Origin: a virus
Lineage: Duplodnaviria > Heunggongvirae > Uroviricota > Caudoviricetes
Virus record (IMG/VR): IMGVR_UViG_3300016476_000987
DNA: 49,638 bases
Reading direction: 5' to 3' (one strand)
In this document: piece by piece, positions 31,475 to 42,484 of the stretch
Layout: each line of letters opens with the position of its first letter
Position numbering within the stretch: position 1 is the first letter of the stretch
The notes under the pieces: generated by a model
What the model saw: the letters and a program-made list of their open reading frames with translations, nothing else
Told to the model about the DNA's origin: nothing
Databases searched by the model: none
Translations under genes and position numbers: made by a program

Positions 31475-33030
31475 TGGCAGTAGAGATTGGAATTAGGAAT
31501 GGAATTCGCTCTGCCTTCAGAAATTCTGATTCCCTTTTTGGGATAGGAGATTATGGAGGAGATAAGTCTGTCTTTTTTGCTAGAGTATCTTTTGTATTGT
31601 TAGATGATTCTAATAAGGAAAAATTTGATAGATATGGAGGATGGACAGCATTAGGCACCATAGAGTGTGTGCCTTTCGTTAATAACCACAGTGTATCAGA
31701 TACTATAGTAGCTATTCCGGTAACATCCAATTTAAATATCTATCCACTAATAAATGAGATAGTTGTTATTATGGGGGCAATATCTCCGTATGCTCAAGGA
31801 AACGACATGGCATACGACCCCAAGTATTACTATACTCAAGTATTAGCAGCTTGGAATCAACCGGAAACTAACCCTGTACCAAATAATGATTGGAGTAAAG
31901 ATGGAACAGCCTCAGTAACCGGCTTATTTAACCAAACTGGGAAAGTGCCTAAGCTAATAAAAGCTCCTGGGGATATTACGCTAGAGGGAAGATCAGGTAA
32001 TTTCATAAGAATGGGCTCATCCATAAAGGATTTTAGGGGGCCGTTTAAAGGTGCGGATAGAAGTCCGGTACTTACTATTGTAAATAAAACTAGAGAACTA
32101 TCTGATTATAAATTAGGAAATTATGAAGACATAAACTTAGATGGGTCTTCATTATACATGCTTAATGGGCACAATGTTAATTTTATAGCTAGTAGTTTGA
32201 ATTTTGATAGCTACAAAGAAGATGTGACTAGAGATGTAGCACCAGAACAGCCTAGCACTAAAACAGCTTATGTAGAAGCCAGTACTCCCAAAGGAGAGCC
32301 GGAAAAAGTAGTAGATCCTGTAGCGGATACTATTCCGAAACCCAAGCCTGTAGTAAATACAGTAAACCCAGAAAAACAAAATATAAAATCTGTGGTAGCA
32401 GGGGACGACACAGAATTAGAAGATAGGCAATTCCCGGAAGAGTTTTTTGTTCAAAATGAAATTAATGAATTTGTAGATTTAAAAGAATGTTCTGATGTAC
32501 CTGCTGTTGTAGAGAATGACCTCCCATCGAATGAGGCAGATGTACCGGCATCTACTGTTTACACTAACTCTGTAGCAACTACTAATGTAAAATGGGAATT
32601 ACAGGAAGGGAAAACTTGGTGCTATGTTGCAAGCTTAGCTATTCTATTAAAATCTTATAATATAAATACTACACAATCAAATATATACCAAACGTCTGTT
32701 ATCAAAGGAGGTAAGTATGATGGCAACCTAAATTCACAAAAAGCAGCCACAACATATGGGGTTTCTTATATCAGACAAGATCTTCCTGCTGGTAAAACAG
32801 CGTCTTATAATGCAATACTACAAACAATAAAAAATAGAAACGGAAAACCTTTTATATTACAAAGGAAAGGAATTTCTAGTAAAAATCATTTTGTAGTAGT
32901 AGTCGGAGTTAATTCTCAAAATAGAGTAGTAGTATTGGATCCAGGGAAAAAAGAGTATAAAAATGGGACTTATCTTTCTGTAGATAATTTAAAAGATTCT
33001 GGAGGAAGTCTTAGATTTTTTGATAAATAA
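31474..33030 (+). CDS. baseplate hub/gp5-like protein with a C-terminal C39-like cysteine peptidase domain
   Basis: OB-like N-terminus (YPLINEIV), GD..LEGR.GN.IR.GS, Pro/Glu-rich linker, then Q....WC..AS...H.VVV.G...DP. Confidence 0.65.
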   Translation: MAVEIGIRNGIRSAFRNSDSLFGIGDYGGDKSVFFARVSFVLLDDSNKEKFDRYGGWTALGTIECVPFVNNHSVSDTIVAIPVTSNLNIYPLINEIVVIMGAISPYAQGNDMAYDPKYYYTQVLAAWNQPETNPVPNNDWSKDGTASVTGLFNQTGKVPKLIKAPGDITLEGRSGNFIRMGSSIKDFRGPFKGADRSPVLTIVNKTRELSDYKLGNYEDINLDGSSLYMLNGHNVNFIASSLNFDSYKEDVTRDVAPEQPSTKTAYVEASTPKGEPEKVVDPVADTIPKPKPVVNTVNPEKQNIKSVVAGDDTELEDRQFPEEFFVQNEINEFVDLKECSDVPAVVENDLPSNEADVPASTVYTNSVATTNVKWELQEGKTWCYVASLAILLKSYNINTTQSNIYQTSVIKGGKYDGNLNSQKAATTYGVSYIRQDLPAGKTASYNAILQTIKNRNGKPFILQRKGISSKNHFVVVVGVNSQNRVVVLDPGKKEYKNGTYLSVDNLKDSGGSLRFFDK

Positions 33031-33035
33031 AAAAT

Positions 33036-33590
33036 ATGAGTACAGAACCAAATCCTATACCGGCAAATGGAGTATTAAAAAGTAGCGATGACTCTTTTGA
33101 TAAAAAGAAGTCATACACTGATTTTAATTCGTATGATAAGAGTTATGTAATACTAACTTCAGATAGGCTAATATTGAATTCTAAAGAAGATTCTATATTT
33201 CTGACTTCTAAAAGAACTATAGGACTTTCTGCTGTTGAGCAGGTACATATAAACATAGGGCCCTTAGGAAAAAGAGATCCGGAAAAAAACTATTTAGTAG
33301 TTAATTCTCCTAGAATACAATTAGGATTGCCAACCGGAGATAAAGATAAAAATAACGAACCTGTAGCTAAAGCGCATTCAACTATTGATTTTGTTAATAA
33401 AATAATAAAATCTCTAAACGATTTTTGTCAATCTTTGTCCACAGCTACCGGAACAGGAGTCGGTACAGTGGCCCTTCCTCAAATAAATGCAGCAGCTGCT
33501 ACATTAATAACTGCTTTATCTGAGGTAAAAAGAGAGTACGGAAACAGTAGCACCTCTCCTATACCTTCTAAAGTATCAAAAACCCTATAA
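33036..33590 (+). CDS. baseplate spike (gp5 C-terminal beta-helix-like) protein
   Basis: ILTSDRLILNSK.DSI...S...IGLS....IN...NSP.IQLG...EP repeat pattern. Confidence 0.6.
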   Translation: MSTEPNPIPANGVLKSSDDSFDKKKSYTDFNSYDKSYVILTSDRLILNSKEDSIFLTSKRTIGLSAVEQVHINIGPLGKRDPEKNYLVVNSPRIQLGLPTGDKDKNNEPVAKAHSTIDFVNKIIKSLNDFCQSLSTATGTGVGTVALPQINAAAATLITALSEVKREYGNSSTSPIPSKVSKTL

Positions 33591-34501
33591 TGGCAGTATC
33601 TACAGACAAAATATCGTCCATTAGGAACACTATTTCAGAAAAACCTGATCCATTACAGGACTTACAACAGAATGTTACTACAGCTGTAAAAGATCCTTTT
33701 GGATCCGTAATAACTAAAGTAGTCACTAAAATAGGCCAGCTATCAGTAATATTAGAGGGTAAAATAAATGATCTTACTAAGAAAATTATAGAATCAGCAG
33801 ATGCCACGGGGAAAGTGTCTCTTCAAGGAGATACTATTGTAATTATTGTGTCTAGAGAGAATGTTCAGCAAGCGGAACAAATAAAAAAAGATATTGATGT
33901 TAAAATAAAGTCTGTTCAGGCCTTGCTTAATACTTTACAAGTAACCTTGAGTACTCTTCAAACAGTACAAACTGGTATTGATGTACTAAGAGTAGCTTTG
34001 TCTATACAAGAGGTAGCGTTATCATCAAACCCAGTATCTGGACCTGTGTTTCAAGTATTAAAGCAAGGAATAAAATTAATTTTTTTAAAAGACATTATAA
34101 AAGAGTATTCGGTAATACTTAAAAGACAGCTGAAAAAAAGTAACAAGGACGTAGCAAGATTATCTAGCAGGTTTAGAAACTTGCAGATATCTATAAAAAT
34201 TCAAGAAGAAAAGGAGAAAGGAAGTATAATCTCTAATGATGAAGCCGAGAGACTACTAGCCCAGCAATTATTAGATACTGGATCGGATCAAGAAGAGCTG
34301 TCTTCTACTACAGAAAATTATCTATCTCCTAAAAATGTTGAGTATTTACTAAAAGTAGAAAAATACCAGGAGAAACAGCTAATAGGAGTAGCATATGAAA
34401 AAGAATCCGGAATGATTAAGCAGCAGACTTCTCCTAGTTTTTTTTCTACTCCGGAAGAATTATTGTCTGAATTAAAATCCATATTAAATATAAATTCATA
34501 A
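33590..34501 (+). CDS. hypothetical coiled-coil structural protein
   Basis: ORF track; position in the baseplate module. Confidence 0.7.
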   Translation: MAVSTDKISSIRNTISEKPDPLQDLQQNVTTAVKDPFGSVITKVVTKIGQLSVILEGKINDLTKKIIESADATGKVSLQGDTIVIIVSRENVQQAEQIKKDIDVKIKSVQALLNTLQVTLSTLQTVQTGIDVLRVALSIQEVALSSNPVSGPVFQVLKQGIKLIFLKDIIKEYSVILKRQLKKSNKDVARLSSRFRNLQISIKIQEEKEKGSIISNDEAERLLAQQLLDTGSDQEELSSTTENYLSPKNVEYLLKVEKYQEKQLIGVAYEKESGMIKQQTSPSFFSTPEELLSELKSILNINS

Positions 34502-34520
34502 TCCCATATTTATATAAGTC

Positions 34521-34895
34521 ATGACAAAAGAAGAATTATATCTATTTAAGGAGCTGATTAAAGAAACAGTAAAATCAGTAGTAAAAGAGACTCTTAAAGA
34601 AGAACTTAAGAGTAATAAAGATTTAAGAGAAGTAAAGCTACTATTAGCTAAAACTCTAAAAGAAGGAGTATCTAGATCAGCTAATACTACTATAGATGAA
34701 TCTACGAGACAGAAGATAAGAGAATCAGTAGGAGCAGATTTTAAGCTTCCAGAAAGAAAGCCGGTAATATCAATGTCTGCTGAGCAAGCCATGAACATAT
34801 CTCAAAACGGTACTCTTCCTGATTTTGACGCTCCTATCCCCTTAATGAATAAAAGTTCTGTTATTTGGAAAGACTTAAAAGAAAAAGTAAGCTAA
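34521..34895 (+). CDS. hypothetical protein
   Basis: ORF track. Confidence 0.75.
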   Translation: MTKEELYLFKELIKETVKSVVKETLKEELKSNKDLREVKLLLAKTLKEGVSRSANTTIDESTRQKIRESVGADFKLPERKPVISMSAEQAMNISQNGTLPDFDAPIPLMNKSSVIWKDLKEKVS

Positions 34896-34896
34896 A

Positions 34897-35295
34897 ATGC
34901 TTCCAAGAAGGCAATATAGAATAAATACCTTAGATGTAAATAAGAACAGAGGGATAGGGATTTCTATCCCTTTTGATCCTGTTAATATCTTTAAAATAAC
35001 TTACACCACTAAAGATCAGATAAAGAGTAACCTGTTAAACTTTTTACTTACTAACAAAGGAGAGAGAGTTTTTAATCCAAATTTTGGAGCTAATATAAGA
35101 GCATTAGTTTTTGATCAAATGGTTAATCTAGAAGAAACTAGAGAGACTATATCAGACAGTATTGCTCTGTATTTCCCAGAACTGCAAGTAACAGAAGTCT
35201 CTTTTACGCCTAACTATGATACCAATTTATTGCTTATAAAAATAAGCTATATCATAAATACAGAAGCAGATTCTATATCAATACAAATACAATAA
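34897..35295 (+). CDS. baseplate wedge subunit, gp25/GPW family
   Basis: QIKSNLLNFLLTNKGERVFNPNFGANI..LVFD. Confidence 0.9.
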   Translation: MLPRRQYRINTLDVNKNRGIGISIPFDPVNIFKITYTTKDQIKSNLLNFLLTNKGERVFNPNFGANIRALVFDQMVNLEETRETISDSIALYFPELQVTEVSFTPNYDTNLLLIKISYIINTEADSISIQIQ

Positions 35296-37190
35296 TGGCG
35301 CAAAAAGATATAAAATACATCAATAAAGATTTTACAGGATTTAAGAATGCATTAATACAGTATGCAAAAAATTATTTTCCTGAGGTGTATAATGATTTCA
35401 GCGAGGCTTCTCCTGGAAACATGATCATAGAGATGGCTTCTTATGTAGGAGATGTTCTATCTTTTTATTTAGATAAGCAAACTCAAGAAAACTTTTTGCT
35501 ATATGCCCAAGACAAAGACAACCTGATTGCTTTGGCATATGCCTTAGGATACCGGCCTAAAGTGACTTCTACTGCTACGGTCACGTTAGACGTGTATCAA
35601 CAACTCCCAGCAACTATAATAGGAGGAAGCGCATACCCTGACTACAGCTATTGTCTTATTGTAAATAAGGAGGCAAAAGTAAGTAGTACTAGTCGATCTT
35701 CTGTAGTTTTTGTTACAGAGGATGTAGTAGATTTCAGTTTTTCTTCTTCTCAAGATCCTACAGAAGTTAGTATTTACAGTATAAACCAAACTACTAGACA
35801 ACCAGAATACTATCTATTAAAAAAACAAGTTAAAGCGATAGCCGGTACTTTACAGACTTATCAAGTGTCTTTTGGAGATCCGGAGAAATTTTCCACTGTA
35901 GAGTTACCAGACGATAGTGTTATACAAATATTAGAAGTAGTAGATAGTGACGGTAATAATTGGTTTGAGGTCCCTTATTTAGCGCAAAGCACGGTATACA
36001 CTGAAGTAAAGAATAATGAGCTAAATGATCCAACTTTAGCTCAATATTCAGATACTACTCCTTATTTACTTAAATTAAAGAAAGTACCTAGAAGATTTGT
36101 TACTAGATTTAATTCCGATGATAAATTAGTACTGGAGTTTGGTTCCGGAGTGTTAAGCACCCCAGATGAAGAAATTATTCCTAATCCAGACAACGTAGGT
36201 ATAGGGATAGTAGACTCAATAGATAAAATGCAAACTGCATACGATCCATCTAATTTTACTTATACCCAGGATTATGGTTTAGCTCCATCTAATACTACTT
36301 TAACTATAAAATACTTAGTAGGGGGCGGAGCAGAATCAAATGTACCTTCAAATACTATATCTAGAGCTACAGAGGTAATCACTAGTACAGTATCCCTTGT
36401 AGCAACTACTCTTAATCAAAATCTACTGAATTTTGTAAAAAGCACAGTAGCGTTTAACAATCCGGAACCTTCATCGGGAGGAGGTAGCGGAGATACTATA
36501 GAAGATCTTAGATTAAAAACATTAGCTAGTTTCCCAACTCAATTAAGAAACGTAACTAAAGAAGATTTTATCATTAGATCTTTATCTATGCCAGCTAAGT
36601 TTGGAACAGTAGCAAAAGCCTATCTGACTCAAGATATGTCATTTATGGCTCCTGCTCAGAACGTAGATTTTATAACTAATAATCCTCTTTCTTTGAGTTT
36701 GTATGTTCTATCTTATGATGAAAATAAGAGGCTAGTTAATACTAGTTATGGAATAAAACAAAATCTTAAAAATTACGTAAGTCAGTATAAAATAACTACT
36801 GATGCTGTAAGTATAAAAGATGCATACTATATTAACATAGGTTTGAATTTTGATGTAGTGATACTCCCGTCTTATAACAATAGAGAAGTATTAGCTCAAT
36901 GTATTGAAAAATTCAAAGAATACTTTAATATAGACAAATGGCAAATTAATCAGCCTATAGTTTTATCAGAGTTATATAATTTAGTATTATGTAGCGTTAA
37001 AGGAGTTCAAAGTATTTCTAAAATAGAAATTATTAATAAGTCTGGTGTAGCATCTGGGTATTCTCCTTATGCCTATGATATACAAGGCGCTACTAAAAAC
37101 AATATTATATATCCTAGCCTAGATCCTTCTATATTTGAGCTGAGGTATCCAGACAATGATATTTACGGTAGAGCTATAAACTTTTCTTAA
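35295..37190 (+). CDS. baseplate wedge subunit, T4 gp6/baseplate-J-like
   Basis: KDF..FK..LI.YAK.YFP..YNDFSE.SPG...IEMASYVGDVLSFY.D...GGGS.DT.E.LR...Q.R.VT..D. Confidence 0.88.
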   Translation: MAQKDIKYINKDFTGFKNALIQYAKNYFPEVYNDFSEASPGNMIIEMASYVGDVLSFYLDKQTQENFLLYAQDKDNLIALAYALGYRPKVTSTATVTLDVYQQLPATIIGGSAYPDYSYCLIVNKEAKVSSTSRSSVVFVTEDVVDFSFSSSQDPTEVSIYSINQTTRQPEYYLLKKQVKAIAGTLQTYQVSFGDPEKFSTVELPDDSVIQILEVVDSDGNNWFEVPYLAQSTVYTEVKNNELNDPTLAQYSDTTPYLLKLKKVPRRFVTRFNSDDKLVLEFGSGVLSTPDEEIIPNPDNVGIGIVDSIDKMQTAYDPSNFTYTQDYGLAPSNTTLTIKYLVGGGAESNVPSNTISRATEVITSTVSLVATTLNQNLLNFVKSTVAFNNPEPSSGGGSGDTIEDLRLKTLASFPTQLRNVTKEDFIIRSLSMPAKFGTVAKAYLTQDMSFMAPAQNVDFITNNPLSLSLYVLSYDENKRLVNTSYGIKQNLKNYVSQYKITTDAVSIKDAYYINIGLNFDVVILPSYNNREVLAQCIEKFKEYFNIDKWQINQPIVLSELYNLVLCSVKGVQSISKIEIINKSGVASGYSPYAYDIQGATKNNIIYPSLDPSIFELRYPDNDIYGRAINFS

Positions 37191-37201
37191 ATATAACGCA
37201 T

Positions 37202-37741
37202 ATGATCGATAAGTTAACTCTTGATAGAATAGACCTATTACATCCTAAAGTTAGAGACGAGGTAAGACATTTCTATACTCAAGAAATAGTCCCAGCATTG
37301 TCTGGAAAAGCTATTTGTCGGTTTGTATACACTCTAAGAACTTTTGCAGAGCAAGCAGAGATTTATGCCCAAGGAAGGACTAGATTATTTGATTCTAATG
37401 GAAAAAGATTAGGCATAGTGACAAATGCACAGCCAGGGCAAAGTTTTCATAATTATGCTTTAGCTGTAGATATAGTATTGCTAAAAGATACTAATAATGA
37501 CGGTAGATTTGAATCTGCATCTTGGGAAACAGCCATTGATTTTGACAAAGATGGTAAGCCTGATTGGATGGAAGTTGTTTCTGTATTTAAAAAATATGGA
37601 TGGACGTGGGGAGGAGACTGGAGAGGTAAATTGAAAGACGCTCCTCATTTTGAAAAAACTTTTGGATATACTTGGAGGGCTTTAAAAAGTAAACATGACA
37701 AAAAAGAGTTTATACCTAAAACTAATTTTGTAATAATATAA
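37202..37741 (+). CDS. M15 family L-Ala-D-Glu endopeptidase (CwlK/Ply500-like; endolysin or virion lysin)
   Basis: LRT..EQ..IYAQGRT...VTNA..GQS.HNY.LAVD...WGGDW...D.PHFE. Confidence 0.92.
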   Translation: MIDKLTLDRIDLLHPKVRDEVRHFYTQEIVPALSGKAICRFVYTLRTFAEQAEIYAQGRTRLFDSNGKRLGIVTNAQPGQSFHNYALAVDIVLLKDTNNDGRFESASWETAIDFDKDGKPDWMEVVSVFKKYGWTWGGDWRGKLKDAPHFEKTFGYTWRALKSKHDKKEFIPKTNFVII

Positions 37742-37743
37742 TA

Positions 37744-38847
37744 ATGTCAGTATATAAAATTTTTGCAGAGAAAGACGCAACCATATATTCAGACTATGGC
37801 AGTATGAACACTGGCATGGATGCTATTTTAGAATTAACAAAAAATTCTAGTCTGTACTATGAAAGCCAATCTACTGCTGCCAGGATACTAATAAAGTTTT
37901 CTGATGATGACATATCTGACGTAATATCTAAGTATGTAGGTACTAAGGATTTTAAGGCCTATTTAAGGCTATATATGGCAGATGCTAGCGGTCTACCAAC
38001 AGATTACACGATAGAGGCTTTTCCGGTATCAGGAACGTGGGATATGGGTGTTGGGAGATTCGGAGACTCCCCAATAAATAAATCCGGAGTTTCCTGGTTA
38101 TACAGAAATACAGGGGCCACTGTGGCTTGGGAGACGGCATCCTTTAGTGCAAATGTTACTGCGTCTTTTCCTCCGTCTAATTCTGGGGGAGGAGTTTGGT
38201 ATAACAATCTAACAGCTACGCAATCTTTTGGGGTTTATATAAATAAAGACGTTAACATAGACGTAACAAGCATAGTTAAAGCTCATGTATCATCTTCTAT
38301 TCCTAATAACGGGATCATATTAAAAACGTCTGGGTCTTTGGAATTTAATCCGGCATATAACTATGTGCTAAATTATTTTTCCAGAGACACTAATACGGTA
38401 CATCCTCCGGTACTAGAATTAAAATGGGATGATTCTAGCTTCAATGTCCCTACTTCTTCTGCATACACTCCGGTACCAAATCAGGATATAAATGTAACTA
38501 TATCAAATAACAAAGGAGAATTTGCAGATCATGAGATTTATAGATTTAGGTTAAATGTAAGGGAGCAGTTTCCTACCAGGACATTTAGCACATCTTCTCT
38601 ATATACTACTCCAAAATACTTGCCTAGTTCTTCTTATTATGCTATAAAAGATACTAAATCAGATATAAACGTAATAGATTTTGATGAAAATTTTACAAAG
38701 ATAAGCGCTGATTCCCAAGGCAATTATTTTGATATATACATGTATGGTCTAGAACCCCAGAGATACTATAAGATACTTATAAAAACAGTTATAAGTGGAT
38801 CTACTATCATATACGATAACAGATATTTCTTTAAAGTAACAGAATAA
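37744..38847 (+). CDS. structural protein with a DNRLRE/CBM96-like domain
   Basis: DATIY..Y...NTG...L...R.LIKF...L.LY...W..G...VSW...DVT.IV...N.G..L...FS......P.LE..WDD. Confidence 0.6.
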   Translation: MSVYKIFAEKDATIYSDYGSMNTGMDAILELTKNSSLYYESQSTAARILIKFSDDDISDVISKYVGTKDFKAYLRLYMADASGLPTDYTIEAFPVSGTWDMGVGRFGDSPINKSGVSWLYRNTGATVAWETASFSANVTASFPPSNSGGGVWYNNLTATQSFGVYINKDVNIDVTSIVKAHVSSSIPNNGIILKTSGSLEFNPAYNYVLNYFSRDTNTVHPPVLELKWDDSSFNVPTSSAYTPVPNQDINVTISNNKGEFADHEIYRFRLNVREQFPTRTFSTSSLYTTPKYLPSSSYYAIKDTKSDINVIDFDENFTKISADSQGNYFDIYMYGLEPQRYYKILIKTVISGSTIIYDNRYFFKVTE

Positions 38848-39182
38848 TGGCAGAGGTAATAACAGTAGAAAGAAAAATATTTGGAAAAAACTCATTTTCT
38901 AGTGTAGTAGATGTCAAGTTCAATCAGCTAGTTCCATCTGACCCTGCAACAGTATCTCCTCCTTCTACTACTGTAGATAAATTTTTCGAGGACTACACTT
39001 CTTTATTTTATGATATTCCGGCTAGCGGGTCAGCTAATTCACACGAAGAGTTAGTTATAAGGTCTAGTGAATATTTAGGAATAAACTTTGAAGACTTAGA
39101 AGAGGAAATTAGACAATTAAGAGAAGAGAACGTTTCATTGAAAAACCAATTATTTACCCTTTCTAATTCTATATCAGGATGA
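38847..39182 (+). CDS. hypothetical structural-module protein
   Basis: ORF track; C-terminal coiled coil. Confidence 0.75.
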   Translation: MAEVITVERKIFGKNSFSSVVDVKFNQLVPSDPATVSPPSTTVDKFFEDYTSLFYDIPASGSANSHEELVIRSSEYLGINFEDLEEEIRQLREENVSLKNQLFTLSNSISG

Positions 39183-42100
39183 TAGTCTACGAAAAAAAAT
39201 TAGATTTAGCTACCAATACATACGATGTCATAGATCAAGCTTTAATAGCTTCTAGAGACTTTGTTAGAAATTTTGGTTTAACTGAGGATTACGTAGAGGC
39301 TCATGTGTATAACATATCTAGGAGTAGATTGTTATATTCTGATTATAATTTTAAAGGCTATAAGATCCCTGCTACATTAAAAGGAGAAGAGACTACAGTA
39401 ACTAATTATCTACAATTTTTTCCTGGTGCTCTTATTGAAAATATAGGCTACTTAGCCGGGAGATATGTAGTCACTTATAATGTTCTTAGAAAAAAAATAG
39501 TAAACGCATCTGGGAAATCGTTCTTTATAAAAGAGGTATCCCCAGATAGAACAGAGTTACGAGTAGTATCCAATCAGATTTCTGATGTAGAGGTTCAAAG
39601 CGGGGTAGTTAATTTCATACAAGAGTATCAATCATCCAGTTATTATAAAGATTACTTATTAAACTTTGGAGACAACAAATTAGTAAATGCGGTAAATATA
39701 GCTTTAGATACTAATACTACGCCTTTTTCTATATTAGTAAAGTTATATAAGCCATTACCTTCTGAGTTTTCACAAAAGTCTGCTTTTTGGTTTGTAGAAG
39801 AATTAAGTACAGCTGTAAGTTTTGAAGTAGAAGTATCTCCGGATGTATTTCAAATAGAGACTCCTAAACTAAAATCTGCTAATTTTAATATAGAGGTTGA
39901 CTATAAAGCAAACTCTCTTTCTGATTATTATAACAAAAATCAGCTTCTCAGCAACGATTCTTTATTTTCGTATCAACAGCTTATCAATAAACTGTATGAT
40001 CAAAAAATACAAATCAATATTGACTATACTAAGTATGAGGAGTTTGTTCATTTTTCTTCTGCTGCTAGGAGATTAATAAACTTCATAAATAAGGTTAAAA
40101 AAATTGAGGATTATACAGATGATCTAAATATAATAAAACAAACTCCATATTACACTGCTTCTTTTAGCACAAGTCAAAGTGCGTACAAAATTCAGTCTGA
40201 AATAACAGATATAATATCTAATTTTGACGGCTACGAGAATTTTTTGTACTATGAATCTGGTTCTAAGAGTTGGCCTAAATCTGGTAGTGCAAAGCCTTAT
40301 ACTCTATATAGAAGCAATACTATTGAAGCTGTATCTTGGATAGGCAGTTTAGATTATTCTAGTAGATATTATGGAGGCGAAATATACAGCGCATCTTATT
40401 ATGATAACGAAAACCAAAATAATCTAGTATATACTATCCCAGAATACATAAGAATAGAAGAGTCTAACGAAGCTTTTGATAGGTTTGTAGAGATGATGGG
40501 AGAGTATTTTGATAATATATGGATTTACATAAAATCAGTCACAGATCTCTATAAAGCTAATAATAAGCTTAATAAAGGCATATCTAAAGACTTAGTATAC
40601 TATGCTTTAAGGTCTTTAGGAGTTAAATTGTACAATTCTAAGGCAAATGAGGATCTATATCGTTATTTAATAGGCTCTAGCGAATCCGGAAGTTATTCTC
40701 CATTATCAGACGGGTATAGTACATATGTTAGTGCATCCTCTGAAATCACACCTGGACAAGACATACAAAAGGAAGTATTAAAAAGAATCTACCATAATAT
40801 ACCGAGTTTACTAAAAAAGAAAGGTACTGTAGATGGAATAGACGACTTGATATCTATATTTGGGATACCTTATACAGTGCTAGCTCCTACTCAATTTGGA
40901 GGGTCTGATAAGACCAGTCAAACAGTAGAGTATACTTACGATAGATTTTCTTATGCTTATTATAATACTGGATCTTCTTACGTAAAAACATCCTGGGATT
41001 CTTTATATGCTACAGCAATTCCTACTTTTGCGGATTTTGTTCCTGACACCATAGAGTTTAGATTTAAGCCTGATAAAAGATTTTATAGTTATACCTCTTC
41101 TTTATTAGAAGTAGTTCCCAACAGTTCTACAAACAGAAGCTTTGGTATTATAGTAAGGCCTGACACTTCTTTAGGATCTCCTTACAGTAAAGTAGAGTTT
41201 TATCTGAGAGGATCTTCGTTAGTATACAGTTCTAGTATCTCTCTTCCAATATACTACACTGATATAACTGGAGATACTTTATGGTGGAGTGTCATGTTGA
41301 AAAGACAGAACCACAATAGCGGATCTGCTACGTCTGCTAATCAAACGTATGTTTTAACTGTAGCAAACAAAATAGAAGATAGAGTAGGACATCAGGCCTC
41401 CTCTTCAGTACAAGTAAATGGGGCCGCATCATCTTCTTATAATCAATCTTGGTCAAATACAAACCAGTCTTTATATTTAGGAGGATCTAATTTATCTTCT
41501 GATGGCAATTTCTTACCTGCCTACAAGTTTGTAGGTAGTTTTCAAGAATTGAGGTACTGGGGTATTCCGGTATCGCAGTCTACTTTTTTGTATCATGTGC
41601 TGAGCCCGGAATCAATAAGAGGCAACACTAGCGGGTCTTCTTATCAGGATTTGGTAGCAAGGTATCCTTTAGGTAATGATTTGAAAGTCTATGATCATTC
41701 TACAGTAACCCAGGTAGCTTCTACTCACCCTAATCAGAATAATAGAGTATTTTATACTATAGCTGTAAATCAAAGCGCTAGTTTTAATTACGATACAGGA
41801 TCATCTTATAAATATAATATAGAGACTTACGTAACTGATTCTCCGAATTCTGTGTACGCTAATCCTGTAAATCAAAAGGTTAGGATAGTAAATAATCAAA
41901 TTACCGGTAGCGTTTTATCTCATTTTTTAAGATTAGAAGACGAAAGTTCTATATACAGAACCAAAGATCTTCATTTTACTGATATATCCTTTTCTCCTCA
42001 AAACGAAGTCAACAAAGACATTATATCTCAGTACGGAAGTACAATAGATTTAGACCAAGTAATAGGAGATCCTAGAGATTCTTCAAAGACTTCTTATCCG

Positions 42101-42484
42101 GATTTAGTAAAAATAAACAACGAATATTATCAAAAATACAAGAAAAAGTACAATTTCAAAGACTATGTGAGATTGATACAGTTCTATGATAATGCGCTGT
42201 TTAAAATGATCTTGGACTATACTCCTGCAAGAGATAGCGTTACTACAGGGCTGACTATAAAATCTCCCATACTAGAAAGATCAAAAGCAAAATCTCCTCA
42301 AACTTATGGAGATACTACTTTTAATCAAGTTAATTCTGAAATTACTGGATCTAAAATAGAAGGAGACAGTATTTATATAAGTGGAGTTGGAGATGGGAGA
42401 GATTTTTACACTGGAGAATTATCTGGGTCGGAAATAGATGTTCACAAAGTATTTGTAACAAGGAATAGAAATCCATACTTATGA
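39179..42484 (+). CDS. large baseplate wedge protein (gp7/P2 gpI-like KGT motif plus LamG-like domain)
   Basis: LLKKKGTVDGI..LISIFGIP; LYLGGS...F.GSFQELRYW. Confidence 0.7.
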   Translation: MIVYEKKLDLATNTYDVIDQALIASRDFVRNFGLTEDYVEAHVYNISRSRLLYSDYNFKGYKIPATLKGEETTVTNYLQFFPGALIENIGYLAGRYVVTYNVLRKKIVNASGKSFFIKEVSPDRTELRVVSNQISDVEVQSGVVNFIQEYQSSSYYKDYLLNFGDNKLVNAVNIALDTNTTPFSILVKLYKPLPSEFSQKSAFWFVEELSTAVSFEVEVSPDVFQIETPKLKSANFNIEVDYKANSLSDYYNKNQLLSNDSLFSYQQLINKLYDQKIQINIDYTKYEEFVHFSSAARRLINFINKVKKIEDYTDDLNIIKQTPYYTASFSTSQSAYKIQSEITDIISNFDGYENFLYYESGSKSWPKSGSAKPYTLYRSNTIEAVSWIGSLDYSSRYYGGEIYSASYYDNENQNNLVYTIPEYIRIEESNEAFDRFVEMMGEYFDNIWIYIKSVTDLYKANNKLNKGISKDLVYYALRSLGVKLYNSKANEDLYRYLIGSSESGSYSPLSDGYSTYVSASSEITPGQDIQKEVLKRIYHNIPSLLKKKGTVDGIDDLISIFGIPYTVLAPTQFGGSDKTSQTVEYTYDRFSYAYYNTGSSYVKTSWDSLYATAIPTFADFVPDTIEFRFKPDKRFYSYTSSLLEVVPNSSTNRSFGIIVRPDTSLGSPYSKVEFYLRGSSLVYSSSISLPIYYTDITGDTLWWSVMLKRQNHNSGSATSANQTYVLTVANKIEDRVGHQASSSVQVNGAASSSYNQSWSNTNQSLYLGGSNLSSDGNFLPAYKFVGSFQELRYWGIPVSQSTFLYHVLSPESIRGNTSGSSYQDLVARYPLGNDLKVYDHSTVTQVASTHPNQNNRVFYTIAVNQSASFNYDTGSSYKYNIETYVTDSPNSVYANPVNQKVRIVNNQITGSVLSHFLRLEDESSIYRTKDLHFTDISFSPQNEVNKDIISQYGSTIDLDQVIGDPRDSSKTSYPDLVKINNEYYQKYKKKYNFKDYVRLIQFYDNALFKMILDYTPARDSVTTGLTIKSPILERSKAKSPQTYGDTTFNQVNSEITGSKIEGDSIYISGVGDGRDFYTGELSGSEIDVHKVFVTRNRNPYL

